From contig JBDKLC010000005.1 of NCBI GenBank assembly GCA_039795775.1, forward strand, positions 379,958 through 443,957: DNA of 64,000 bases. Reading direction: 5' to 3'. Position numbers and translations under genes: made by a program. Positions 28,887 through 38,349 of this stretch are shown here, in pieces. The notes beneath the pieces are model-generated. The model searched no databases and was not told the origin of the DNA. It saw only the letters and a program-made list of their open reading frames with translations. This stretch comes from Candidatus Parcubacteria bacterium. Its GTDB lineage: Bacteria > Patescibacteriota > Minisyncoccia > Phycocordibacterales > CAIZLB01. Positions within the stretch are counted from its first letter, which is position 1; each line of letters begins with the position of its first letter.

Positions 28887-29678
28887 TTATTTTGTTGAAT
28901 CCTTCTTTGAAGATCGGTATACGAAGTACGCGATAATCAATACGAAGAGAGCAATCAAGAACCAGATGTACCAACTGATATTTGCAAACGCATTAGCAGC
29001 TGCAGCTGTCTGATCTACATTTGAATCTGAAGTTGTAGAAGCTGTTGAAGATGAAACTGTAGTTGAAGCCTGAACTGCTTTTACAACAGTAGATCGAGGA
29101 ATGTATCGAGTTTCAACTGTACCTTCTGAACTTGCAGCACTCACTGATGTAGTTCGAGTAGATGTTGCTGTTGATGTAGATGCAACTGATGAAGTAGCCT
29201 GTGTAGATGTTCCAAGAACTCCACTAGCGCCAAATCCACCTGTTGAACCTGATCCTGAAGATCCACTCTGTGGAGCTACACCGTTTGAACTACCACCATT
29301 TGATGGAGGAGTTGTTGTAGCTGTAGAAGTTGATGTTTCAGGTGTTGAATAAAATGAGGCACAAGATGCATCACTTGCATCTGTAAGTCCGTTGAAGTCG
29401 TTGTCTACACCGTCAGTACAAAGTGGCTGTGTGTTTTCAGCTGTTCCAAAAGAAACTTCTGATCCACTACCACTACCGATAAATGGTGAACATGATGCGT
29501 CGGCAGAGTCTGTCTGACCATTCTGATCATTGTCCATACCGTCCTGACAAAGTGCAGGTGTGTTTTCTGGTGTACTTGGAACTATTTCATCCGCTGATAC
29601 TACTGTTGCTGTGAATACTGCTGCTCCGAAGAGGGCAATCATCGCTACAGCCATAAGTTGTTTACTAAAATTCTTCAT
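28887..29678 (-). CDS. Surface protein with two Cys/Asp-rich repeats, Ser/Thr stalk and C-terminal TM anchor
   Basis: Signal peptide; two copies of ENT..LC.DG.DND.NG.TD..DASC; S/T-rich linker; C-terminal TM plus basic tail. Confidence 0.8.
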   Translation of the reverse strand: MKNFSKQLMAVAMIALFGAAVFTATVVSADEIVPSTPENTPALCQDGMDNDQNGQTDSADASCSPFIGSGSGSEVSFGTAENTQPLCTDGVDNDFNGLTDASDASCASFYSTPETSTSTATTTPPSNGGSSNGVAPQSGSSGSGSTGGFGASGVLGTSTQATSSVASTSTATSTRTTSVSAASSEGTVETRYIPRSTVVKAVQASTTVSSSTASTTSDSNVDQTAAAANAFANISWYIWFLIALFVLIIAYFVYRSSKKDSTK

Positions 29679-29820
29679 AAAATATATTTAATTTAATTAC
29701 GTGTTGTGGGTACAATGATAACACACTTACGCTTTATAGTCAATTATCTGATTATTTAAACAAAAGACCCCCGTTGCGCGAAGCAACGAGGGCCGGTTGG
29801 TTTAAGTTTTTGGCTGTTTG

Positions 29821-30750
29821 TTACGTTGACGGTGTGATTGTGCCAACTAACGTTATTCGGGCGCGCCAGAAGCGCTTTTCTTCCGGTGCAGTGCCCAGAT
29901 TGACCTTCACCCGCTGTTTGAGCGGATTGATCTGCTCAATGCTGAGCACAGGAACTTGCGTCCATGTGACAGGTGCTTCAAGCGCCGGGGTAGACTCGAT
30001 AGTCCACGTCGCGTAAGGCATTGACGAGAGGTCACCGCTTACAACAAACGTTGCATTTCCCTGTTCGATGTTAATCGTTTCGGGTGTCAGTGAAGGTGTT
30101 TGAATCACCTGCACCGATGCAGCTTTGTTTGTATGCGACCAGTTGTAAACTGTGCCGGCAACCTTGACCGTGCCGCTCAGGTTGTAGAGATTACTGCGAC
30201 TTTCACCGCAATACTCTGTCTTGAGCAGGGGGAATGGATTCCCCGACACCGCCGACAGCGTAACTGTCTGGTCAGTGAGATACACAGACGAGACCTGCGT
30301 AAGCAGGGTGCCCACGAAGTTGTTGCCGTCTATGCTCCGGGTTGTTCCCGAGGCATCGTATGCCCGCACATCAATCGGTAGCGAATCGCCGGGACCGTTG
30401 AATTTGAGCGCAGCCAAGCTCGCATTGTTTGGAAATGTCACAGCGCTTGGAAGCGATGTGTCATACCGCACATGCGAGTAAGTCCCCGTTTGAACGAGGA
30501 GCTCGTCAGCGTTGATGAGCGCATTGGTGACGCTGTCGCGCACCTCAAGCAGAAACCCAAATTTGAGGGTCGTAATCTGCGAGGCGATATTGGTCGGCAG
30601 GGGCATATTTGTCGGCAAGACGTCGGCCGAGGCCTTCGTAACCGTGTGATTGGCGAACGCGATGGGTCGGAGGCGAACCTCAGGTGTAGCGTGAACAAAA
30701 GCTGTGAGGCAAAGTGCCAGGACAGCCACGACGAATGATTGGATTTTCAT
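29821..30750 (-). CDS. Secreted hypothetical protein with atypical composition
   Basis: Signal peptide (VHA); beta-rich body; visibly more GC-rich codons than neighbours. Confidence 0.75.
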   Translation of the reverse strand: MKIQSFVVAVLALCLTAFVHATPEVRLRPIAFANHTVTKASADVLPTNMPLPTNIASQITTLKFGFLLEVRDSVTNALINADELLVQTGTYSHVRYDTSLPSAVTFPNNASLAALKFNGPGDSLPIDVRAYDASGTTRSIDGNNFVGTLLTQVSSVYLTDQTVTLSAVSGNPFPLLKTEYCGESRSNLYNLSGTVKVAGTVYNWSHTNKAASVQVIQTPSLTPETINIEQGNATFVVSGDLSSMPYATWTIESTPALEAPVTWTQVPVLSIEQINPLKQRVKVNLGTAPEEKRFWRARITLVGTITPST

Positions 30751-30981
30751 GATTTACTGTATTGCTGAATTGTCTGAATTGGGTTGTATTGAGTGACAGT
30801 CCTCTGGCTTTTGTTATGTAACTTAAACCGAAAAGAACTTTGTCGAAACAAACAGTAACACATTTATATAAAATTATCAATACCACCAGGTACTGTGCAC
30901 AAACAGACTAACTTACCGCATAAAAAGCAGACATTTGTCCGACAAACACCTACTTTTTATACGGTAGCTAATATATGAATG

Positions 30982-31054
30982 TGCCACCAGCAGGAATCGA
31001 ACCTGCAACTATCCCTTAGGACGGGACTGTTATAATCCATTTAACTACGGCGGC
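30982..31054 (-). tRNA. tRNA-Arg(CCT)
   Basis: Reverse complement reads GCCGCCGTAGTTAAATGGATTATAAC..GTCCC-GTCCTAA-GGGAT..GGTTCGATTCC..GGTGGCA. Confidence 0.9.
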
Positions 31055-31183
31055 TTTTGTTATTTTCTTTATATAGTAACTAAAATAAATTTTAATTAAA
31101 AAGAATAGCTCTATGCTACCGCATAGAGCTATTCTTTCAAAATATGACAGGATACTCTGCTACAGCAGAATGTCCCCCACTAT

Positions 31184-31597
31184 TTATTGCTGAACTGTTC
31201 CCTGACCTTTTTCAATCTTTGTGAGTTCTACATCAAATACGAGAGTAGCATTTCGTGGAATGATAATGTTACCGGTATTATCAGTAATAGACTGCGCACC
31301 GTATCCAAGTTCTGGTGGGATAATGAGGTGCTTCTTTTCTCCAACACTCATACCTAGTATTCCCTGATCCCAACCTCTGATAACCATTCCTGCCCCAAGA
31401 ACGAATGGGAGAGGTTGACCTCTGTCGTATGAGCTATCAAATTTTGTTCCGTTTTCTAATGTTCCTGTGTAGTGCACATATACTGTGTCACCGTTTTGAG
31501 CAATTTGAGACATGTCTGATGATGATTTATAGATAGCCACTCCGAGAACAATCAATACGATAATAACTAACACCGAAAGAAGTATGTTTTTATTCAT
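31184..31597 (-). CDS. FKBP-type peptidyl-prolyl isomerase, membrane anchored
   Basis: VHYTGTLENGTKFDSS, VIRGWDQG, IPPELGYG, LVFDVEL. Confidence 0.95.
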   Translation of the reverse strand: MNKNILLSVLVIIVLIVLGVAIYKSSSDMSQIAQNGDTVYVHYTGTLENGTKFDSSYDRGQPLPFVLGAGMVIRGWDQGILGMSVGEKKHLIIPPELGYGAQSITDNTGNIIIPRNATLVFDVELTKIEKGQGTVQQ

Positions 31598-31640
31598 AAA
31601 GAGTGATTATAGTAATAAATTCTAATAATTGAATTGATGA

Positions 31641-31877
31641 CTACGCTGCTAGACCAAGCTTTGCAGCAACGTTCGACTTATCAAAGCCTATAAATACCTT
31701 ACCATCAACATCAATTACAGGCACACCAAGTTGTCCGCTCTTCTCAATCATCTCTTTTCTTTTTTCGAGATCTGAGGCGACGTTAAACTCTTCGTAAGAA
31801 AGATTATTCTGTTTAAAAAAATCTTTTGCCATATTGCAATATGTGCACGATGGTGTGCTGTAAATAATGATCTTCAT
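31641..31877 (-). CDS. Glutaredoxin/NrdH-like redoxin
   Basis: YSTPSCTYC, GQLGVPVI, IGFD. Confidence 0.92.
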   Translation of the reverse strand: MKIIIYSTPSCTYCNMAKDFFKQNNLSYEEFNVASDLEKRKEMIEKSGQLGVPVIDVDGKVFIGFDKSNVAAKLGLAA

Positions 31878-31933
31878 AGGTCATCATTATACATCCGCCT
31901 CTTCCGAAAAGTAAACAGACAAAAAGCACTTAT

Positions 31934-32335
31934 TTATGGCTTTATTTTAGAGTCTTTACGAAAAACATTCCTTACAGAATTCCAAATTTTTTGGATGACA
32001 CTTTTTTCAGCTTCTGGAGCCTTAGGAACAGGTTTATCTACGACAACAATTACACCTTCACCGGCTTTTGCCACATCAAATTTTGATCTGATTTCTGTTT
32101 CAATACCGTCTGAAGTTTTTAGTCGATCACTATTTTCCGCAAGAACCGAGTATCTTTTTTGAATTTCAAGTTGCTCAGCTGCGACACGCTCAAGTTCAGC
32201 ACGGCTCGCTTTTTCTTTTTTGTACACATTGATAACACCACGTCCAAGGAGAACGAGAACAAGTACTAAAATAAGAAGTGTTGTTTTTGAATACAATCTC
32301 TTTCTAAATTCGTGTTTTTCTTGAAATTCTCGCAT
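31934..32335 (-). CDS. Septum formation initiator (FtsB/DivIC-like)
   Basis: TM plus coiled coil followed by GIETEIRSKF..AKAGE.V. Confidence 0.75.
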   Translation of the reverse strand: MREFQEKHEFRKRLYSKTTLLILVLVLVLLGRGVINVYKKEKASRAELERVAAEQLEIQKRYSVLAENSDRLKTSDGIETEIRSKFDVAKAGEGVIVVVDKPVPKAPEAEKSVIQKIWNSVRNVFRKDSKIKP

Positions 32336-32381
32336 GCACTGCTATTATATACACATAGCCTCAATAATTAAACCTTTCTTT

Positions 32382-32492
32382 ATGTTGTTTGACCCACGAA
32401 ATCAGAAAAAACTTAAATTCCTCTGGGGTGCACTTTGCATCCTTATTATCATTTCGATGATATTGCTCTACATTCCAGCCCTCTTCCAATAA
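32382..32492 (+). CDS. Small membrane peptide (36 aa)
   Basis: MLFDPRNQKKLKFLWGALCILIIISMILLYIPALFQ; basic N-terminus and one TM; below the ORF-track size cutoff. Confidence 0.6.
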   Translation: MLFDPRNQKKLKFLWGALCILIIISMILLYIPALFQ

Positions 32493-32628
32493 ACACTCAC
32501 TCTAGCTTTTTCCCTCAAAATATAGTATAAATTTGTCCAGTTTGGTCTTTGACCTGCTCGATTAAGCCTGTTGGCACTAGCCACCAGATATTTCTTAATT
32601 GCTCTCACAACCACCATTACATCATCTT

Positions 32629-33027
32629 ATGGTAAATATCCGACTCCTCGGAATCCCACCTGGGCAAAGCACTCAAGGTGCTAAGACCCTCGTAGACCGT
32701 ATTAAAAAAGCGGTCTGCAGTGTGCGACACCTTGTGAACTGTCACCATCTCACTCCTGACGACGTAAATGTCCAAGGCACTGTCTGTGACATTGATAGCT
32801 CTCTCGCAGAGCCTAACCGTGTCATTACGATCGAGATCCTCGGTCTCTACGACACAGACACGCGTGTGGGACGTCCTGTCATCGAAGTGCTCATGAGCAA
32901 ACTCACTTACGCTACGGCTGCACACTACCCGAAAGCGTTTCGTGTCGTATGCTTTCCTCCGAGCTGCTGGCACAGGGTAAAAACACTGGTCATCCAGCGT
33001 CGGCGTCAAAACCCAGTCAAGAAATAA
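32629..33027 (+). CDS. Hypothetical protein (orphan)
   Basis: ORF with its own upstream -10-like element and a downstream hairpin at about 33075-33113. Confidence 0.55.
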   Translation: MVNIRLLGIPPGQSTQGAKTLVDRIKKAVCSVRHLVNCHHLTPDDVNVQGTVCDIDSSLAEPNRVITIEILGLYDTDTRVGRPVIEVLMSKLTYATAAHYPKAFRVVCFPPSCWHRVKTLVIQRRRQNPVKK

Positions 33028-33197
33028 CGACATCGAGCACGTCCACAAAATAAACATGCTTTACAAGCAGAACAATCCGCTATGCCCACATAACCAACCA
33101 GGCCTAGCGGATTCGCTTTTTTCAACTTTTCAATATTGGAATAAATAAAATAAGCTTTGAAAAGACTTGCCGCAGGAGAACAGGAATATTATTTCTA

Positions 33198-35036
33198 TTA
33201 TTCCCCTGTCTTCATCATCTTCAAAAAAACGTCGTGTGGAATGTTTACATTTCCTCGTCCACGTTCTTCCATTTTCTTTTTACCTTTCTTCTGTTTTTCT
33301 CGGAGTTTCATTTTTCGAGTGATGTCTCCTCCGTACATATGCTGGGTCACATCTTTCTTGAGAGCTGAAAGTGTTCGTGAAGCGATAATTCGTCCATTTG
33401 CTTTTGCCTGAATTTTTGTTGTAAACATTTGTCGTGGAAGCACACTATGAAGTCGATCAACGGCTTTGTTAGCTTCCTCATCAATTCGTCGTTCTGCTAC
33501 TACTCGAGTAAATGCTTCTACAGGCTCATCTGCAACCAAAATATCCATACGTGTCACTTGAGCAGGTCGCATTGATTCAAATTCATATGAAAGAGATGCA
33601 TATCCTGATGAAATACTCTTGAGCTCATCAAAGAAGTTTCGCATGAGTTCTCGAAGTGGCATGTGAATGGTCATTTGTGATCGTCCATCACCGAATGTTT
33701 CTGTGTCGCCAAGTTCTGCTTCGTGGTCATAGAGCATTGGATAAATAACACTTGTATATTCTTGTGGAGCAAGAATTTGTACAGTCACCCACGGCTCTCG
33801 CACACTTTCTACAAGCCCATCATCTGGGAAGAGCGACGGTGAATACACCATTTCTGTTTTGCCAGTTCGGAGTTTTACTTCATAGGTAATACTTGGTGTT
33901 GCAATAACGAGGTCGAGTTTGAATTCTCGTTTGAGTCGTTCTGTAATAATTTCGAGGTGAAGAAGACCAAGGAATCCACATCGGAAACCTCGCCCGAGTG
34001 ATCCTGATGATTCTTCTTCATATGAAAAAGCAGAGTCCGAAAGTCGAAGTCGTCCGAGCGCTTGTTTGAGTACATCAAAGTCATCGGCATCTTCTGGATA
34101 CACTGATGCCCACACTACTGGACTTGGACTCATATATCCAAAGAGTTCAGGAAGAGGTTTTTTGAAAAGAGTAATAGTATCGCCCACAGATGCAATACCA
34201 GGTTGTTTGATACCAGTTACGATATATCCGATCTGGCCTGCTTTGAGAGATTCGCAGGCTTCTTCATCTGGAGTAAAGATACCAACTTCAAGTGCATTGA
34301 ATCGTTCATTCGCAATTTTGAAAAGAAGTTCTGAGTGTCGCTTTACTTCTCCTTCCATTACTCGCACGAATACGATAACACCCTTGTGGTTTGAATATTG
34401 AAAATCGAAAACAAGTGCTCGAAAACTTCCTGAGTCCTTTATTTCTTCTTTTGGACAAGGCACTCGTTTAATAATTTCTTGGAGAAGACCTTCTACACCC
34501 TGACCAGTTTTTCCTGATGTTTCGATAATATCTGATTCATCGCAACCAATGAGTCGTGATACTTCTTCTTTTACTTCTTTGATTCGAGCAATTGGAGAGT
34601 CTACTTTACTAAGCACCGGAATAATAGTGAGACCCGATTCTTTGGCCATTCGAAGAGTAGTAAGTGTCTGAGCTTGTACACCTTGTGTAGCATCTACGAG
34701 CAAAATAGAACCTTCTACCGCTTTGAGAGCTCGTGATACCTCATATGAAAAGTCGATGTGACCTGGTGTATCGATAAGGTTGAGTTCGAATTCTTCACCT
34801 GCATTTGGGAGAGATTCGCCGAGCTCATTTTGTGCTGGCATCTTGTACTTCATCTGCACCGGTCGCATTTTGATTGTGATGCCTTTTTCTCGCTCAAGTT
34901 CCATACTATCGAGCACCTGATTCATCATTTTTCGAGACTCAATAGTGTGCGTGATTTCAAGCATTCGATCTGCAAGAGTCGATTTTCCGTGGTCGATATG
35001 GGCAATGATACTAAAGTTTCGAATGTGGTTAAGCAT
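33198..35036 (-). CDS. lepA: Elongation factor 4
   Basis: IRNFSIIAHIDHGKSTLADR, DTPGH, GFRCGFLGLLH, YGGDITRKMKL. Confidence 0.97.
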   Translation of the reverse strand: MLNHIRNFSIIAHIDHGKSTLADRMLEITHTIESRKMMNQVLDSMELEREKGITIKMRPVQMKYKMPAQNELGESLPNAGEEFELNLIDTPGHIDFSYEVSRALKAVEGSILLVDATQGVQAQTLTTLRMAKESGLTIIPVLSKVDSPIARIKEVKEEVSRLIGCDESDIIETSGKTGQGVEGLLQEIIKRVPCPKEEIKDSGSFRALVFDFQYSNHKGVIVFVRVMEGEVKRHSELLFKIANERFNALEVGIFTPDEEACESLKAGQIGYIVTGIKQPGIASVGDTITLFKKPLPELFGYMSPSPVVWASVYPEDADDFDVLKQALGRLRLSDSAFSYEEESSGSLGRGFRCGFLGLLHLEIITERLKREFKLDLVIATPSITYEVKLRTGKTEMVYSPSLFPDDGLVESVREPWVTVQILAPQEYTSVIYPMLYDHEAELGDTETFGDGRSQMTIHMPLRELMRNFFDELKSISSGYASLSYEFESMRPAQVTRMDILVADEPVEAFTRVVAERRIDEEANKAVDRLHSVLPRQMFTTKIQAKANGRIIASRTLSALKKDVTQHMYGGDITRKMKLREKQKKGKKKMEERGRGNVNIPHDVFLKMMKTGE

Positions 35037-35181
35037 AAGGTTTGAGCACGGACAGAGCCGTTTGTGCTAGGAATATAGCATAAAATAAGCTTTTTTGCTC
35101 ATTTTGTGTGCAGAATTTGACATATTATATTTTATAATGCTTGATTTTTTAAATTTGTGTGATATTATTTTCCTCGGACAT

Positions 35182-35553
35182 ATGAATCCACAACCCGCAC
35201 TCGCAGACACATCACGTCTGATTCCTTTTGAGGTCCAAGTGCCTCTTCGGGATATTCCAGATCAGACTGATCCACCGCACCGAACCGTGAGCACTGGAAT
35301 GCTCGTAATCAGCGGTCTCAACACCGCAAAAGACGGACCCTGGATTCCAGATGCCGTTCTTAAGAAACTCGTCCATCCTCACATCAAACACATGTTTGAG
35401 GACTACCCTGACTTCCGCATCAGCTTTACCCAGAAGTTTGCTGCCCAGCAGGTCGAACCAAATACCCCGACATTCGTGGGTCTCGTCGGCCTCCTGGTCG
35501 TCGTCGAAGGGAAAGACGTGATTTCTCTGATTCCGTCAGAGCCGGCTCCATAA
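35182..35553 (+). CDS. Hypothetical protein (orphan)
   Basis: ATG 35182 downstream of TG-TATTAT; hairpin terminator at about 35581-35602. Confidence 0.55.
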   Translation: MNPQPALADTSRLIPFEVQVPLRDIPDQTDPPHRTVSTGMLVISGLNTAKDGPWIPDAVLKKLVHPHIKHMFEDYPDFRISFTQKFAAQQVEPNTPTFVGLVGLLVVVEGKDVISLIPSEPAP

Positions 35554-35660
35554 GCCCCGCTCGACAAAAAAAATCAAGATAGGCGACTCTCACGAGCCGC
35601 CTTTTCTTTTTCACATGGTTTCATTTCAAAATATATAATTTTAGATATAATCAAAGACCA

Positions 35661-36353
35661 ATGAAAGCAATTATTTTAGCTGCCGGAAAAGGCAGTCGAT
35701 TACAACCACTTACTGATCACACTCCAAAGCCTCTTATCCAAGTGGCAGGCAAACCTATTCTCGATCGTATTATTGAAAATCTACCAGATGCCGTTGATGA
35801 AGTTGTACTTATTACCAAACACCTTTCCGATCAGATTGAATCACATGTCGCAAAGCAAACAGCGTTCGGCGTATACAGACCAAAAGTAACCATTGTTCCA
35901 CAAGGACCGGCAACTGGCACATACGGCGCGCTTCTTTCTATAAAAGACCTCATAGCGCCAGGTGAGCGATTCTTTGTTATGAATGGTGACGACCTTGTAG
36001 ACAAAGCAGAACTCGAACAGCATCTCCAATTCCCTCTTTCATCTGGTATCCAAAAGAAAGTATGGCCAGCATATTATTCATCAGATCCTGATGCAGACGG
36101 TATTGTCCGACAATATCGAACTCAAACTCCTGAAGAAAAAATAAACGGCACCCATGTTTCAAATGGTGTCTTCGTTCTTGATGATCGAATCTTTTCTTTC
36201 CCAGCTGTTGAAATCGCACAAGGAGAACTTGGTCTTCCGCAAACTATTATTGCTCAAACTGAAACATATCCACTCCACGCTGTTATCACAACAAAGTGGC
36301 ACTCAATAAACGACCACGATGATCTCGAAGCTGCTCACAAACGTTTTTTGTAA
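35661..36353 (+). CDS. Nucleotidyltransferase (NTP transferase, GlmU N-terminal-like)
   Basis: AIILAAGKGSRLQPLT...PKPL, NGDD. Confidence 0.88.
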   Translation: MKAIILAAGKGSRLQPLTDHTPKPLIQVAGKPILDRIIENLPDAVDEVVLITKHLSDQIESHVAKQTAFGVYRPKVTIVPQGPATGTYGALLSIKDLIAPGERFFVMNGDDLVDKAELEQHLQFPLSSGIQKKVWPAYYSSDPDADGIVRQYRTQTPEEKINGTHVSNGVFVLDDRIFSFPAVEIAQGELGLPQTIIAQTETYPLHAVITTKWHSINDHDDLEAAHKRFL

Positions 36354-36368
36354 TTTCTTTATAGGAAT

Positions 36369-37064
36369 TTAATCTCTCACTATTTCTTTTTCTTTCGTAA
36401 TCTGTCCATCTTGGAGTTGAATGATTCTGTCTGCAAGTCTTCCGTATTCTGCTTCGTGAGTCACCATCACCAGTGTCTGACCTTGTTTGTGGAGTTCTTT
36501 AAAAATTTCCATCACTCGTGCAGAGGATTCACTGTCGAGGTTGGCTGTTGGCTCGTCGGCAAAGAGAATAGTCGGTGCATGTGCAATAGCTCGCGCTACA
36601 CTCACTCGCTGCTGTTCTCCTCCAGAGAGTCGTGCAGGAATACTATCTGTTCGATGAGCAAGACCAACACGCTCAAGTGCTTCGATTGAGATCTTGTACG
36701 CTTTTTCAGTACTCATACCTTGCATGATAAGCGGCACAGCTACGTTTTCTTTTGCTGTAAGATCTGGGAGAAGAGCATAATCCTGGAATACATATCCAAG
36801 TTTTTTGAGACGAAATTTTGTTTGTTCATCAGTAGTAAGTCTGTTTACATTCTGACCGTCAATAAAAATTTCTCCTGATGTAGGTTTGTCGAGCAAACTC
36901 ACTTGATACATAAGAGTACTTTTTCCAGCTCCAGATCGTCCCATGATGGCAACGAACTCGCCTTTTTTGATCTGCAAATCAATTCCCTTCAAAATAGTTG
37001 TGACTTGTTCACCGTTCTTGAAGCTCTTAATTAATTCTTTTGTTTCTATCATTATTGATGACAT
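36369..37064 (-). CDS. ABC transporter ATP-binding protein (LolD/MacB-like)
   Basis: [30 protein letters not shown]. Confidence 0.95.
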   Translation of the reverse strand: MSSIMIETKELIKSFKNGEQVTTILKGIDLQIKKGEFVAIMGRSGAGKSTLMYQVSLLDKPTSGEIFIDGQNVNRLTTDEQTKFRLKKLGYVFQDYALLPDLTAKENVAVPLIMQGMSTEKAYKISIEALERVGLAHRTDSIPARLSGGEQQRVSVARAIAHAPTILFADEPTANLDSESSARVMEIFKELHKQGQTLVMVTHEAEYGRLADRIIQLQDGQITKEKEIVRD

Positions 37065-37088
37065 ATATGTAGTAGGTTATGAATTAAT

Positions 37089-38348
37089 TTATCGCCCAAG
37101 AATAGAATCAAGGGTGTTTTTATTTACAATCATTCGAGCAGGAATGTATCCAGCAATGAGAGTTGTAAAGAGAAGGACGGCAGCTCGGATAAACGTACCT
37201 GACAACGGAGCATAGATTCGTCCATCACTGAATGGGAAGTTGATAGGATGAGCATCGACAAACGGCTTCAGGAATCCATACAGAATGACGAAGCCGACGA
37301 TAGCTCCTGCAAGAGCGTAAAAGATAGACTGTAAAATGTAAGAGAATTCAATTGCTTTAGAATCAATACCAATCCCCTTCAAAATACCAATGAATTTTCT
37401 TCGTGTCAGTGTGTTTACGAAAATCACAATGAAGATAGTGATAGATGCTACAGCGAGACCAATACTACCAATAAGGTTTCCAAGAAGTGCGAACATACTC
37501 TTCATGTCTTTGACGAATTTTGGGAGCGCTTCATCGTATGTCTGAATATTTGCTCCTTCATCGAGACCGTTGTTGAGGAAAATTTGTTTTACAGCAATCA
37601 CATCTGACTCTGATGCACCTGGTATCATTCGAATACTAACTTCGTTCAAGTTGTTATCTGTTCGTCCAAGAAGTTTTCGAGCTTCACTTGCTGTCATAAA
37701 TACACGGAAGTCGTTTTCATCAACTTTTGATTTGATGATACCTCGCACCACAACTTCTTTAGCGTTTTTCCCTACTGTAATTTTAAGTTTATCTCCGACA
37801 TAAATTCCTCGGAGCGATTGAAATGCACTTGAGTCAATTGGGGTAAATCGATAGAGCAAGTTAGCACCAATCATAATGCCCTCTGTGTCATTGCCATCAA
37901 GGTACGTACCTTCAATCATAAACTTTGAAAGTCCTGTCACTTCATCTTCTGCAATTGGATCGATACCTACAAGAGTTGTTCCTGCGGCATTTGGTACTTC
38001 GTCGTCTCGAAGTTTTCGTCGATAATCTGCATTTACTTTTGCACTTCCAATATATCGTCCCGTAACAGCATCTACTCCTTTCAAACTTTTTGCGATATCA
38101 AAAATAGTCTGACTATTTTCGATGTATGTCTTTTGTTTAAGACTTGTTACAAGTACTTCACCAATATAGTGAGCTCTGTTCGCTTCGATTGCTCCTTGAA
38201 TAAGACCTACAAGCACACCGTTTACAACCACAAGGTTGAGAAACGTGAGGGCCATAACGATAATAATCAAACCAGTAGTCCAAATATTGGCTCGTTTGAT
38301 TTGTCTAAAGGCGAGGAAGAATCCGACTTTTAGTACAGTCTTATTCAT
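37089..38348 (-). CDS. ABC permease (FtsX/MacB-like)
   Basis: One TM, large extracytoplasmic domain, three TM; RRKFIGILKGIG. Confidence 0.88.
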   Translation of the reverse strand: MNKTVLKVGFFLAFRQIKRANIWTTGLIIIVMALTFLNLVVVNGVLVGLIQGAIEANRAHYIGEVLVTSLKQKTYIENSQTIFDIAKSLKGVDAVTGRYIGSAKVNADYRRKLRDDEVPNAAGTTLVGIDPIAEDEVTGLSKFMIEGTYLDGNDTEGIMIGANLLYRFTPIDSSAFQSLRGIYVGDKLKITVGKNAKEVVVRGIIKSKVDENDFRVFMTASEARKLLGRTDNNLNEVSIRMIPGASESDVIAVKQIFLNNGLDEGANIQTYDEALPKFVKDMKSMFALLGNLIGSIGLAVASITIFIVIFVNTLTRRKFIGILKGIGIDSKAIEFSYILQSIFYALAGAIVGFVILYGFLKPFVDAHPINFPFSDGRIYAPLSGTFIRAAVLLFTTLIAGYIPARMIVNKNTLDSILGR

Positions 38349-38349
38349 A

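Noticed and set aside
32617-33057. 146-aa minus-strand ORF as the real gene
   Set aside because: The plus-strand ORF has the better promoter and terminator context; the minus ORF is probably its shadow, though this is not certain.
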